From IMG/VR virus record IMGVR_UViG_3300042445_000711, positions 11,569-75,568 of that record: a stretch of 64,000 nt of DNA; one strand, 5' to 3'. Positions 1 to 9,744 of this stretch are shown here, piece by piece; position 1 is the stretch's first letter; the number at the start of each line of letters is the position of its first letter. The notes beneath the pieces were generated by a model. It was not told the origin of the DNA. It saw nothing but the letters and a program-made list of their open reading frames with translations, and did not search any database. Origin of the DNA: a virus. The position numbers and the translations under genes are program-made.

Positions 1-561
1 CCTTTATTAAATGTATATGAACATCAGGATTTTATAAATGGTGCAAATGATAAAAAATTATTACACAGTTATTATGAAGTTTGCTCTAAACCAAAATTAA
101 ATTTTTATGAAACAAATTTAGATTGGTTTGATAATCCAAATAATTATTTACATTTTAGACATATAGAATGTAAATCTTATGAGAATAGCTATATTAATAT
201 TGCTACCGAATCTCACTATGAAATAAAAGATATTCATATAACTGAAAAATCATTTAAACCATTTTATTTTTATCAATTTCCAATTTTTTTAGCATCTTAC
301 AGACATGTTGAAAAATTAAAAAAAGAACATTCTAATTTAGATTTTTTTGAAGATATTATTAATTACGATTATGATTTAGAAATTGATGATAAAAAAAGAT
401 TATATATGGTGTTTGATGAAATTGTAAGATTATCAAAATTAGAAAAAGAAATAAAAAGTTATTATATAAATAATAAGGATAGATTTATAAAAAATCATGA
501 ATATGTTAGTAAATATGGTTTAAATGAAACTACAGAAAGATATTTTTACAATTTAATATGA
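1..561 (+). CDS. 5'-truncated GT10-like (GT-B) glycosyltransferase-family protein, not in ORF track
   Basis: Frame 1 is open from base 1 to TGA at 559-561 and reads ...YINIATESHYEIKDIHITEKSFKPFYFYQFPIF...; same motif as the paralogues at 558, 7625, 59458, 62497. Confidence 0.7.
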   Translation, partial: PLLNVYEHQDFINGANDKKLLHSYYEVCSKPKLNFYETNLDWFDNPNNYLHFRHIECKSYENSYINIATESHYEIKDIHITEKSFKPFYFYQFPIFLASYRHVEKLKKEHSNLDFFEDIINYDYDLEIDDKKRLYMVFDEIVRLSKLEKEIKSYYINNKDRFIKNHEYVSKYGLNETTERYFYNLI

Positions 562-1745
562 TGAAATTTTATTATGAAAATATTGATTTTAAAAATGTGC
601 CAAACGGAAATGGTGTATGTAAAATTGCAGAGTTTGATATTAACTATGGATTTAAATTTCCAATATTTGAATTAAATGAAACAGATTCTATAATTTGGAA
701 TTTTTCATTTAATCAAGAAATGCGATACCATATATTACAAGACAACATTGATTATTTTAACAATGTATTTAAATTGGTTTCAAGTAAACCAAATGTAAAA
801 TTAGTTTTTTCTTCTACTCAAGAAGGAGACCATATGAACAAATTTGTTTTAAAATTAATAGAATTAAAAAATTATTATAATTTAAAACCAAATCAAATTG
901 TTTTAATTACAATTAATAACTATTTTAAAAAAGTTACAAATGAAATATTAGTCATATCAAAACCATATTTGTTGGGGTGGTGGTCAACTCATTATAAAAA
1001 ACTATCATTACCAAATGTATTTGATGAAGGAACTCAAATAGCAAGTGTAACTTCTGGAGTAAATGACTATATAATGAATAAAAAGGATTCATTTTTTTTA
1101 TTATATAATCGCAATTCTACAAAAACATTTAGAGTTCAAGTTATGTTATGGTTATTAAAAACAGGATTAATAAATGATACAAAATTTTCACTTTTAATAA
1201 AAGAAAATGATATTGATTTAAATTTATTAATTTCAAAAAAAGAAGAATTAAAAGATTTGTGGAAATATTATTCTAAATTTAATGATTTACCACATACTAC
1301 TTTAGATTGGAATTATCCAACCGATGAACACGAACCATTATCATCTAAACCAAATTATTTTAAAACAAATTTTAGTATAGTATTAGAATCAAGTTTTAAT
1401 TCTGAAAGTTTAAATTTAACAGAAAAAAGTTTTAAACCTTTTGCAAATTGTCATCCATTTTTAATAATAGGTGATGTGTTTGTAAATACTCAATTAAAAA
1501 ATTATGGATTTACATTATACAATGATTTAATAGATTATTCATTTGATAAAATATCTAATAATGAAGAAAGATTAAATCAAGCATTAATTGAATTAAAAAG
1601 AATACACTCATTGGGTGAAGAACACATAACAGATTGGTATAAAAATAATATAGAAAAAATAGCAGAAAACCAACAAGTATTTTTTACATATGGATACAAA
1701 AATATAATTAACGATACAATAAGAGATTTAAAAGTAATTTTTTAA
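558..1745 (+). CDS. GT10-like (alpha-1,3-fucosyltransferase C-terminal-like) glycosyltransferase-family protein
   Basis: FSIVLES...LTEKSFKPFANCHPFLIIG resembles the GT10 F.L.FENS...Y.TEK...PI..G motif; ATGA overlap with upstream gene. Confidence 0.55.
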   Translation: MMKFYYENIDFKNVPNGNGVCKIAEFDINYGFKFPIFELNETDSIIWNFSFNQEMRYHILQDNIDYFNNVFKLVSSKPNVKLVFSSTQEGDHMNKFVLKLIELKNYYNLKPNQIVLITINNYFKKVTNEILVISKPYLLGWWSTHYKKLSLPNVFDEGTQIASVTSGVNDYIMNKKDSFFLLYNRNSTKTFRVQVMLWLLKTGLINDTKFSLLIKENDIDLNLLISKKEELKDLWKYYSKFNDLPHTTLDWNYPTDEHEPLSSKPNYFKTNFSIVLESSFNSESLNLTEKSFKPFANCHPFLIIGDVFVNTQLKNYGFTLYNDLIDYSFDKISNNEERLNQALIELKRIHSLGEEHITDWYKNNIEKIAENQQVFFTYGYKNIINDTIRDLKVIF

Positions 1746-1755
1746 AAAATATAAT

Positions 1756-2691
1756 ATGAAAAAAATTTTAATAACAGGATGTAGTGGTTTAGTTGGTATT
1801 CATTTAGTAAAAAAATGTTTAGATAAAGGTTATAATGTAATTGGTGTTGATATTAATCATTCAAATAATTTACCAATATCTGATAAATTTACATTTTATG
1901 AATTAGATTTAACAATAGAGGAAAACATAAAAAATTTATTTTTTTATGAATCTCCTGATGTTGTTTTTAATTGCTTTGGTATAAAAGGTTCTCCAATTAG
2001 AGCAAAAGAAAAACCAGTTGATTTTTTATATCCATCATTTAAAATTAATACCGAAATAATCAATCAATGTTCTAAAAATAATATATGGTTAATATTTGTC
2101 AGCTCCGTTGGTGTATATTCTCCTGCAGAAAAGTTTGTTGAAGGTGATGTGTGGAAATCTTTACCAAGTGAATCCGATTGGTTTCCATCTTGGTCTAAAA
2201 GAATGGGTGAAATATTATTAGAAGCATACAAAGTTCAATATGGTTATGATAAATGGTCTATTATAAGACCTGCTAATATATTTGGTGAATATGATGATTT
2301 TAGCGGTAGTGGTACAGTAATTGCATCAACTATAAAAAAAGTATATGAAGCAACAGATTCAATTGAAGCATGGGGTGATGGTTCTCCTATTAGAGATTTT
2401 GTATATGCTGGTGATGTTGCCGATGCTATTTTAAGATTGTATGATGATAAGATTCATACTATAATTAATTTTGGCGCGGGTGAGGAAATTACCATAAAAC
2501 AAATGATTGAAACTTTAATCAAAATAAGTAAAAAACCAATATCTATAAATTGGGATAGTAGTAAACCAAATGGAGATTTAAGAAGACAAATGGATATTAC
2601 TAAACAAGTTCAAATAGGATTACTTCCAGTTCTTGGTTTTGAAAAAGCATTGGAAATTACATATGATTATTATATAAATAAGTTATTATGA
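1756..2691 (+). CDS. NAD(P)-dependent epimerase/dehydratase (extended SDR, GDP-fucose synthase-like)
   Basis: ITGCSGLVG Rossmann motif, RPANIFG, WGDGSPIRDFVY; YxxxK position reads PSWSK. Confidence 0.85.
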   Translation: MKKILITGCSGLVGIHLVKKCLDKGYNVIGVDINHSNNLPISDKFTFYELDLTIEENIKNLFFYESPDVVFNCFGIKGSPIRAKEKPVDFLYPSFKINTEIINQCSKNNIWLIFVSSVGVYSPAEKFVEGDVWKSLPSESDWFPSWSKRMGEILLEAYKVQYGYDKWSIIRPANIFGEYDDFSGSGTVIASTIKKVYEATDSIEAWGDGSPIRDFVYAGDVADAILRLYDDKIHTIINFGAGEEITIKQMIETLIKISKKPISINWDSSKPNGDLRRQMDITKQVQIGLLPVLGFEKALEITYDYYINKLL

Positions 2692-3461
2692 TGTTACACG
2701 CATACGGTGATAGTTGGACGGAAGGGCAAGGATGTAATAGAATAGTTGAAGATTCCTTATCTAAAGAAGAAAGACCATCCTATCGTAAAGAAAATAGTTG
2801 GGTTAAATTTTTAGCAGATAAACTAAACATGCCGTTTATAAATAATGCAGTTAGTGGTAATGCTAACAATAAAATATTTAATCAAATCGTTTTAGATATT
2901 CAATCTGAAAAAATAAAAAGCAATGATTTTGTTACAATAATGTGGAGTTCTTCTTTAAGAGATTATGTTCCCTTTTTACCAAATGGTGAATGGGTTACGT
3001 GGTCTATTAAACATTTAATTGAAGAACCTCACAAGTTTATTAATTCTTATAATAGTAGTAATTCATTATACGATTCTTTTTTTACAGAATATAAACAATT
3101 TTTTATAGGAGAGATGTTTAATCAGAATTATTACAATATTGTAAATCAAAATTACATAATTTTTATCCAAAAACTATTTAAACATTATAATATAAATTAT
3201 ATAATGTGTGACAGTTTTGAAAGTATGCTAATCAATTTGAATAAAAAGGATGATATTACCAATTTAATAGATAATTCAAAATATTGGGAATTTAATAAAC
3301 AAACATTTAGAGATTATTTAAATAAAATTAAACGATTGGATATTTGGGAAAACCAAAATGAAGAATTTGAAACGAGAGCATCTCAACATCCAAATTTACA
3401 AGGTTATAAATTAATAAGTGAAGAGTTATACGGTTATATAAAAAACAATAAAATATTATGA
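2688..3461 (+). CDS. SGNH/GDSL-like hydrolase/acyltransferase
   Basis: AYGDSWTEG block I, NNAVSG block II, C-terminal QHPN..G. Confidence 0.65.
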   Translation: MMLHAYGDSWTEGQGCNRIVEDSLSKEERPSYRKENSWVKFLADKLNMPFINNAVSGNANNKIFNQIVLDIQSEKIKSNDFVTIMWSSSLRDYVPFLPNGEWVTWSIKHLIEEPHKFINSYNSSNSLYDSFFTEYKQFFIGEMFNQNYYNIVNQNYIIFIQKLFKHYNINYIMCDSFESMLINLNKKDDITNLIDNSKYWEFNKQTFRDYLNKIKRLDIWENQNEEFETRASQHPNLQGYKLISEELYGYIKNNKIL

Positions 3462-4435
3462 TAAATAAAAATTCAAAAATCCTTATCACAGGTGGTTCTG
3501 GTTTAGTTGGTCAAAATTTAACAAATAGATTAATCAAAGAAGGTTATACAAACATTAGAGTTAATTTACACAAAAGAGGTGTAAGAAACTCTATAAATTC
3601 TGTAGAATATACACATTTTGATTTACAAACATACGATGGATGCTTAAATGCAGCAAATGGAGTTGAGGTTGTCTTTCATTGTGCAGCAACTACATCAAAC
3701 GCAGTTGATACAGTAGATGACCCATTGGCACACGTTACACCTAACGTATCGATGAACAATTTTTTAATTGATGCTGCATGGAGAAACTTTGTTAAACATT
3801 ATATTTTTATTTCTTCAAATACTGTATATCCACCAAAAGGAGATGAAGCGGTTATTGAAACTGATTTCTTATTTGATGAACCATATCCTGTATATTTTCC
3901 AGTTGGTTGGATGAAGCGTTATGCAGAAGTTCAATGTGAGTTATATGCAAAACATCTACCTCGTACTATGAAAACAACTGTAATAAGACCTGCTAATTTA
4001 TACGGTCCTCACGACAAATATGATTTTAATAAATGCCACGTTACTCCTGCAACCATTAGAAAAGTTGCAGATGAAATGAATCCTATTCCTGTTTGGGGAG
4101 ATGGTTCTGAGTTAAGAGATTTACTTTATATTGAAGATTTTGTTGAAGCATTGCAAGTTGTTTTAGAAAAAGAAATCAAAAATGGTTTTGAAGTTTACAA
4201 TGTTGGTTCTAATTCTGTGCATTCTGTATTAGAAGTTTTAGATATTATGAAAGAAGTTGCAAACTATGATGCACCTACTGAATTTATTAGTGGTAAACCA
4301 TCTATGATTCCAACAAGAAAAATAGATTCTAATAAAATTTATAATAATTTAGCATGGAAATCTACAACATCGTTAAAGGATGGGTTAAAACTTGCTTATG
4401 ATTGGTATTTGGAACATAAAAACGAATTTAAATAA
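3458..4435 (+). CDS. NAD(P)-dependent epimerase/reductase (GDP-L-fucose synthase-like)
   Basis: ITGGSGLVG, RPANLYGPHDKY, CHVTPATIRK (cf. Fcl SHVIPALLRR), VWGDGSELRDLLYIED; YxxxK position reads VGWMK. Confidence 0.85.
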   Translation: MINKNSKILITGGSGLVGQNLTNRLIKEGYTNIRVNLHKRGVRNSINSVEYTHFDLQTYDGCLNAANGVEVVFHCAATTSNAVDTVDDPLAHVTPNVSMNNFLIDAAWRNFVKHYIFISSNTVYPPKGDEAVIETDFLFDEPYPVYFPVGWMKRYAEVQCELYAKHLPRTMKTTVIRPANLYGPHDKYDFNKCHVTPATIRKVADEMNPIPVWGDGSELRDLLYIEDFVEALQVVLEKEIKNGFEVYNVGSNSVHSVLEVLDIMKEVANYDAPTEFISGKPSMIPTRKIDSNKIYNNLAWKSTTSLKDGLKLAYDWYLEHKNEFK

Positions 4436-5214
4436 TGAACGGTATTATTTTTGCCGGTGATTCATTTACTTGGGGGCAGGGTTTGTATTTTTATTCAAAA
4501 TTACCAAGATTAGTAGGTCCACCATTCAATGAATACATTGGTGATAATGTAACAAAATCACATAGGTTATTTAAAAATTCAAAATCTTTTGCAAGATTAG
4601 TTTCAAATTACTTTAACACATTTGAAGTAAAAAAAGAATCAAATGGTGGAAGTGATGAAGAATCTTTACAATTTATTGATGATTTATTTAAAAATGATTT
4701 TACATATAATGATTTTGATTTTGTAATATTACAAACAACTCAACCATTTAGAACAAAATTTGATTTTGTTTATGATGGGATAGAATATAATTTAAATTTA
4801 AACCCTTGGATAAAAGAATTTTATGAACATCAAGATATTTTTTTAAAATGGTTAGAAAGTAATAACTACACATATGAGGATTTTGAAAAAATACATATAA
4901 AACAAATAGTAAATAAAATAAAAAATAAATTTATAGAATTAGAATCAAATGGAATAAAATGCTTATTATTTTGTTGGACAAATGATTATATAAATGATAT
5001 AAAATCTAATTTGTTTTTAAATGATAGATTTGTCCAAATAAATTATAATAATGAATTATTTGATTGTTTAGACCATTTAAGTTCAAAGTATAATCAATTT
5101 ACAATAATAAATGACCCATATTTTGAAGAACCACCAAAAGATTTACACACAAGTTTAGAAGCACAAACTTTAATTGCAAATAGTATAATTAAAAAAATAA
5201 AAACATTGTTATGA
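4435..5214 (+). CDS. SGNH/GDSL-like protein
   Basis: FAGDSFTWG; C-terminal DLHTS. Confidence 0.6.
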   Translation: MNGIIFAGDSFTWGQGLYFYSKLPRLVGPPFNEYIGDNVTKSHRLFKNSKSFARLVSNYFNTFEVKKESNGGSDEESLQFIDDLFKNDFTYNDFDFVILQTTQPFRTKFDFVYDGIEYNLNLNPWIKEFYEHQDIFLKWLESNNYTYEDFEKIHIKQIVNKIKNKFIELESNGIKCLLFCWTNDYINDIKSNLFLNDRFVQINYNNELFDCLDHLSSKYNQFTIINDPYFEEPPKDLHTSLEAQTLIANSIIKKIKTLL

Positions 5215-5759
5215 GCCAACCAGAATATACACCATACAAAGATGCACTTACAAATTCAATGAAATTTTTAGGTGAAAAATATAACACCACATTTATAGGG
5301 CAACAGGTTCTATGGGCAGGTAATCCTATGAGTACAACATTAGGAGAAGTTCCTAAAGAAAAAATGATTGAAGTTCCAGTAATGGAAGAATCTCAAATGG
5401 GAATGAGTTTAGGATTAGCAATGACAAATGAATTTGTTATTACATTTTATCCTCGTTGGGATTTTATTATATGTGCTGCAAATCAACTTATAAATCATGT
5501 TGATAAATTACAACTAATGAGTGGTGGAGAATGGAAAGCAAATATGATTATTAGATTAGGCAAAGGTAGTGATAAACCATTAGACCCAGGTCATCAACAT
5601 AAAGGAAACTATTTTGAGCAATTCAAATCTATGTGTAATAATATAAATTTTGTTGATTTAACTAAATGGGAAGATATTGAACTTGCTTATAAAAATGCTT
5701 ACACAAATGGGGGTATCCATTGTTTAGTTGAATACCCCGAATTGTATTATATTAATTAA
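5211..5759 (+). CDS. TPP-dependent enzyme, E1-beta/transketolase pyrimidine-binding domain only
   Basis: FIGQQV, EVPVMEESQMGMSLGLAM, FYPRWDF, NQLINH, GHQH; 182 aa, lacks the C-terminal domain. Confidence 0.8.
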   Translation: MSQPEYTPYKDALTNSMKFLGEKYNTTFIGQQVLWAGNPMSTTLGEVPKEKMIEVPVMEESQMGMSLGLAMTNEFVITFYPRWDFIICAANQLINHVDKLQLMSGGEWKANMIIRLGKGSDKPLDPGHQHKGNYFEQFKSMCNNINFVDLTKWEDIELAYKNAYTNGGIHCLVEYPELYYIN

Positions 5760-6529
5760 ATTTCCCAATGTTTTTCACGTAGTTCGTAAATATTAATTGG
5801 TTCTCTTTTCATATGATTACCTTGATTAAAGTATGCTCCTTGTTTTAAATAACCCCCTAAAAAGTTTCTTCTAAATCTATTTGAGTTATTTGGTTCTGAA
5901 CCATGTACACAATGTGAATGTAATAATACAACTTGTCCTTTTTTAATTATACCTTCCGATTTACGAAAATTATGACCCTCAGGCATTACACAAGGTTTAC
6001 CCCGTTCGTTTCTCCAAAATGATGGATTAGTTTTTGTCCTTTCCTCATCAACTTCAATGGGTAATACAGGCAATCTATGTGAACCCTCATAGTTCCATAC
6101 TGCACCATTTTGAGAATCATGATTATCTAATGCTAATGCAGTATTGATTATTTCATTGTGTCCACATCCTGTGTAAAATGCATTTTGGTGCATATCTCTT
6201 CCTAATTGTCCAGGTGGTTTAAAATACGCCCAAGTTTGTAAACCATGTATCTTACCTTCCATTAGAAACTCACATGCTTCTATAATTTTTGGATGAACAA
6301 ATAGCTTAGCCAACTTATCGGATAATTTATGTGGATAAGCAAATGGGTCATAATCTCCCCAAAGTTTACCATCATCTGTTGCAGTACCAATTCTTGCTAA
6401 TCTTAATGTATCCAATTCTGCATTAATTTCATCACATTCATCTTCAGTTAATAATTCCAATGTTGTAAATCCTCTGTATCTCCAATCAAATGTAATTTGT
6501 TGGATTTCTTCATTTGTAAGATGTTTCAT
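5756..6529 (-). CDS. PhyH-family Fe(II)/2-oxoglutarate dioxygenase
   Basis: YFKPPG..G..MHQNAFY, ALALD, GSHR, KKGQVVLLHSHCVHGSEPN.S.R.R. Confidence 0.85.
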   Translation of the reverse strand: MKHLTNEEIQQITFDWRYRGFTTLELLTEDECDEINAELDTLRLARIGTATDDGKLWGDYDPFAYPHKLSDKLAKLFVHPKIIEACEFLMEGKIHGLQTWAYFKPPGQLGRDMHQNAFYTGCGHNEIINTALALDNHDSQNGAVWNYEGSHRLPVLPIEVDEERTKTNPSFWRNERGKPCVMPEGHNFRKSEGIIKKGQVVLLHSHCVHGSEPNNSNRFRRNFLGGYLKQGAYFNQGNHMKREPINIYELREKHWEI

Positions 6530-7632
6530 AATAACTTTTTTTGTTTAAAATTAAATATTATATTTTTACAATTATCGTTTAAATAAATTAAAAATTCTTT
6601 TATATTTTTTTTAGTAAATTCTTTTTCGTTTAAAAATTTATGCGTTTCTGATTGTATTTCATGTATATTATCACTTGTATAATTCCATAAATTAATATAC
6701 CTATTGTATTCAAAATATAAAACAGTTTCTATTAGATTTTCATTAAATTCATCCAATTTTACGTCATTTATTATGTTTTTTTCAATAAACCATTTTTTTA
6801 ATAATTCATTATAAAATAAATTATAAGCAGTAGTACTTGGATGTGGGTCTTTATCAAAAAAATATCTTTCGCCGATTTTTAATCGTTCTCTAGTATATTC
6901 CGTAAGCCCACCATAATTATCAGGTGGAGTAATATATAATAATTTTCCACTATCATCTTTAATCGATTTTAATTCTTTTTCTCCTGCACAATAATGGCCA
7001 ATTTCATCATTAATTTCTTTGTATGGGTAAAAATTTACAATTTTCTGTAATCTTTCTATTTCATTTTTAAATCCATATTTAGTTATATCGTATGTAAATA
7101 TATTTGCCCAACCAAAAAACATATAATTTTCAACATCATTTTCCTTACAAAAATTTGATATATTTTCTATATTTTGGAAGTGTTTTACAAATATATCTCT
7201 ATAACCTAAATTTGTAATTGTAATGGTATCATCCATATAATCGTATGGATAATCTTTTATATCAATATCTACACCGTATTGAACACTATTATTTGGGCTT
7301 CTTCTTAAAAATGCACTTAGTTGTATAACTGCATATATTTTTTCATTTGGATAATCCCTTTTTAATTCATTTATTTTTTGTTTTAATTTATCGTGTATAA
7401 CATGATTTCCATATGAACCCCTTGCTATTGGGTGTATTTTTACATTTGATATATTTTGATTAATTAAATCCAATGCCAAAAATTTATGCATTTTTATAGC
7501 ATTTGGTAATCCCAAATGTTGCACATAATGTGGATTTTCTTTATTTAAAGAATTTATATCAAATTTACCGTCTCTGCTTCCATCATCGGAAAAAGAACAT
7601 CCTGCAAAAACAATATGTATTTTATTATCCAT
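6526..7632 (-). CDS. SGNH-like protein
   Basis: FAGCSFSD, ARGSYGN, DPHPS. Confidence 0.55.
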   Translation of the reverse strand: MDNKIHIVFAGCSFSDDGSRDGKFDINSLNKENPHYVQHLGLPNAIKMHKFLALDLINQNISNVKIHPIARGSYGNHVIHDKLKQKINELKRDYPNEKIYAVIQLSAFLRRSPNNSVQYGVDIDIKDYPYDYMDDTITITNLGYRDIFVKHFQNIENISNFCKENDVENYMFFGWANIFTYDITKYGFKNEIERLQKIVNFYPYKEINDEIGHYCAGEKELKSIKDDSGKLLYITPPDNYGGLTEYTRERLKIGERYFFDKDPHPSTTAYNLFYNELLKKWFIEKNIINDVKLDEFNENLIETVLYFEYNRYINLWNYTSDNIHEIQSETHKFLNEKEFTKKNIKEFLIYLNDNCKNIIFNFKQKKLL

Positions 7633-8716
7633 TATTTAATACATTTAAAATATGGTTTTTATTATTATTAAAATAATTTAAAAATTTATTTGAGTTATTA
7701 TGATATTCGTGTAAATACCTATAATATATTTCATGCAATTCATCTATACTTTTTTCAGTATATTTTTTAACATGCTCCAATCCTCTTTGAGTATCTTCTT
7801 CATCTGTTATATCATAGAATCCATACAAAGGTGAGTAAAATGTCATTCCTATTTCTTCTAAACATTTTTTTAAATTAGAAGAGCCAAAGTGTATAAATGG
7901 TAAAAATGAAGCAATTGGTTTTAATATTTTTTCAGTAACTGGACAATGTTCATTAATGTTTTTTACATCTTTAAAAAAATAAGATTCTGTAACTATTTCA
8001 AAATATGCCAAAAATTGAGAAATATATGTGTGTTTTAATACTATTGTTTCTTGATTAAATTTATCATATGAAAAAGGAATTATACCTTCATTTTCTTTAA
8101 AAAATTCATCAAGATTATGTTTTTTATCTGAATAATATTCTTTTATTCCAGTAAAAGACCATATATTATTTTTTAAATTATCAGTTTCTTTTAAAATATT
8201 AAAAATATCAATTCTAACAGGACTAATATGATTTGAATAAAATACCAATTTATGAGGTTTTCTAAATTCCTTATATACAGTATTCATTCTTTCCAAAAAA
8301 GATTTGGCATTTAAATAATCAGTTGATAATAAAAAATCAATTTGAGAATATAAAGAAGATGGTATGTAAAATTTATTTACACCATTAGAATGTATCATAT
8401 CAAAATTTGAATAATAACATTTTTTATTTACAATGTTAGCAAATGAAATTACACCCATCTCATCTACCATAGTTTCATTAAAATCAATTAGTATTTTATC
8501 TACTTTATTATATTTTAATTCATACTCATTTATTACTTTACAAAATTTTTCTATATTTTTAAATTCTGTAAATGAAAATCCAAATGAATTTACCGTATTA
8601 ACTAATAATACATTATTTGGTATATTTCTAAAAATATCATTTTGAGGCATATGATATTGAATATCTTCAATAATTTCTATACTTTCACCATCATTTTCGT
8701 ATCTTATTCCTACCAT
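7625..8716 (-). CDS. GT10-like glycosyltransferase-family protein
   Basis: YFEIVTES...VTEKILKPIASFLPFIHFG. Confidence 0.5.
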   Translation of the reverse strand: MVGIRYENDGESIEIIEDIQYHMPQNDIFRNIPNNVLLVNTVNSFGFSFTEFKNIEKFCKVINEYELKYNKVDKILIDFNETMVDEMGVISFANIVNKKCYYSNFDMIHSNGVNKFYIPSSLYSQIDFLLSTDYLNAKSFLERMNTVYKEFRKPHKLVFYSNHISPVRIDIFNILKETDNLKNNIWSFTGIKEYYSDKKHNLDEFFKENEGIIPFSYDKFNQETIVLKHTYISQFLAYFEIVTESYFFKDVKNINEHCPVTEKILKPIASFLPFIHFGSSNLKKCLEEIGMTFYSPLYGFYDITDEEDTQRGLEHVKKYTEKSIDELHEIYYRYLHEYHNNSNKFLNYFNNNKNHILNVLNNG

Positions 8717-9741
8717 TATTTAAACATTTCCCAATTTAAAACTATTTCTTCTGTAAATTTTTTATAATTACAACTACTAACGTGCCCCCAACAACTCGCT
8801 TCTCCTTCTCTTAATTTATTTTCAATTTCCGTTTGAGTACCATATTGTTCATATTCTTGAAATAACGGATTAAATTCCTCATCTGAACTTTTTAGTTGGT
8901 TTCTAACTGCCCATTCTAATACACCACCATTTCGATGTAATTGTTCTTCATTATAAAACCAACAATATTTTTCCCAATCAATTCCTTTATATAAATGAGC
9001 GGCCCATGGAAATTTATTTATTATCATATCTTCGGTATCATTCCAAGTATTGTGAATTTTTCTCTGTATAAATAAACCTTCTACCATTTCTTCTGGAGTT
9101 TGGTAATTATGTGGGACCATTCCATATTCATATTCTAATGAAAATGGATTATGCATAAAAAAAGATTTTAATTTTATTTTGTGTAATTTACAAAATGTTA
9201 TTAAATAATCAAAATATTCTAACCATTCTATAAATCTTTCTTCATCATTGTATAATGTATTTAAATAAATTTTAGTATATTCATATACTTTTCTGTTTAA
9301 TTTTACAAAAGAAGATTGACTCATATCTGGATTTGCAAAAGTTAACCAGTATCCTTTTTCTCCTGGATATTTTTTTTCATTTATAAAATCTATTGCATAG
9401 TTATCATGTTTATCCAACGGTATTCTATCTATAATATCTTTAGATACAAAATTACTTTTTCTATGAAAGTTAGACCATTCTACTATAATTGATATATCTT
9501 CTCCTTTAATTCCTGATTTTAGTAATTGTTTTGCTTTATATATTACAGACCTTGCAATTAATAAATTACCACTACCAGGACTTCCCATATTAAATACAGT
9601 AAGTTCTGGTCTTAAAGTTTTAATCCAATGTGTATAATACCAAAATTCAGGCTTATCTGTTAAAAATTCGTCTTCTTTTCTATTAATATTTACTCTATAA
9701 TGTGATGTAAATGAGCAACCAGATGTGATTAAATGTGTCAT
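8716..9741 (-). CDS. SGNH-like protein
   Basis: TSGCSFT, NMGSPGSGN, IVEWS..R, GHVS..Y. Confidence 0.55.
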   Translation of the reverse strand: MTHLITSGCSFTSHYRVNINRKEDEFLTDKPEFWYYTHWIKTLRPELTVFNMGSPGSGNLLIARSVIYKAKQLLKSGIKGEDISIIVEWSNFHRKSNFVSKDIIDRIPLDKHDNYAIDFINEKKYPGEKGYWLTFANPDMSQSSFVKLNRKVYEYTKIYLNTLYNDEERFIEWLEYFDYLITFCKLHKIKLKSFFMHNPFSLEYEYGMVPHNYQTPEEMVEGLFIQRKIHNTWNDTEDMIINKFPWAAHLYKGIDWEKYCWFYNEEQLHRNGGVLEWAVRNQLKSSDEEFNPLFQEYEQYGTQTEIENKLREGEASCWGHVSSCNYKKFTEEIVLNWEMFK

Positions 9742-9744
9742 AAA

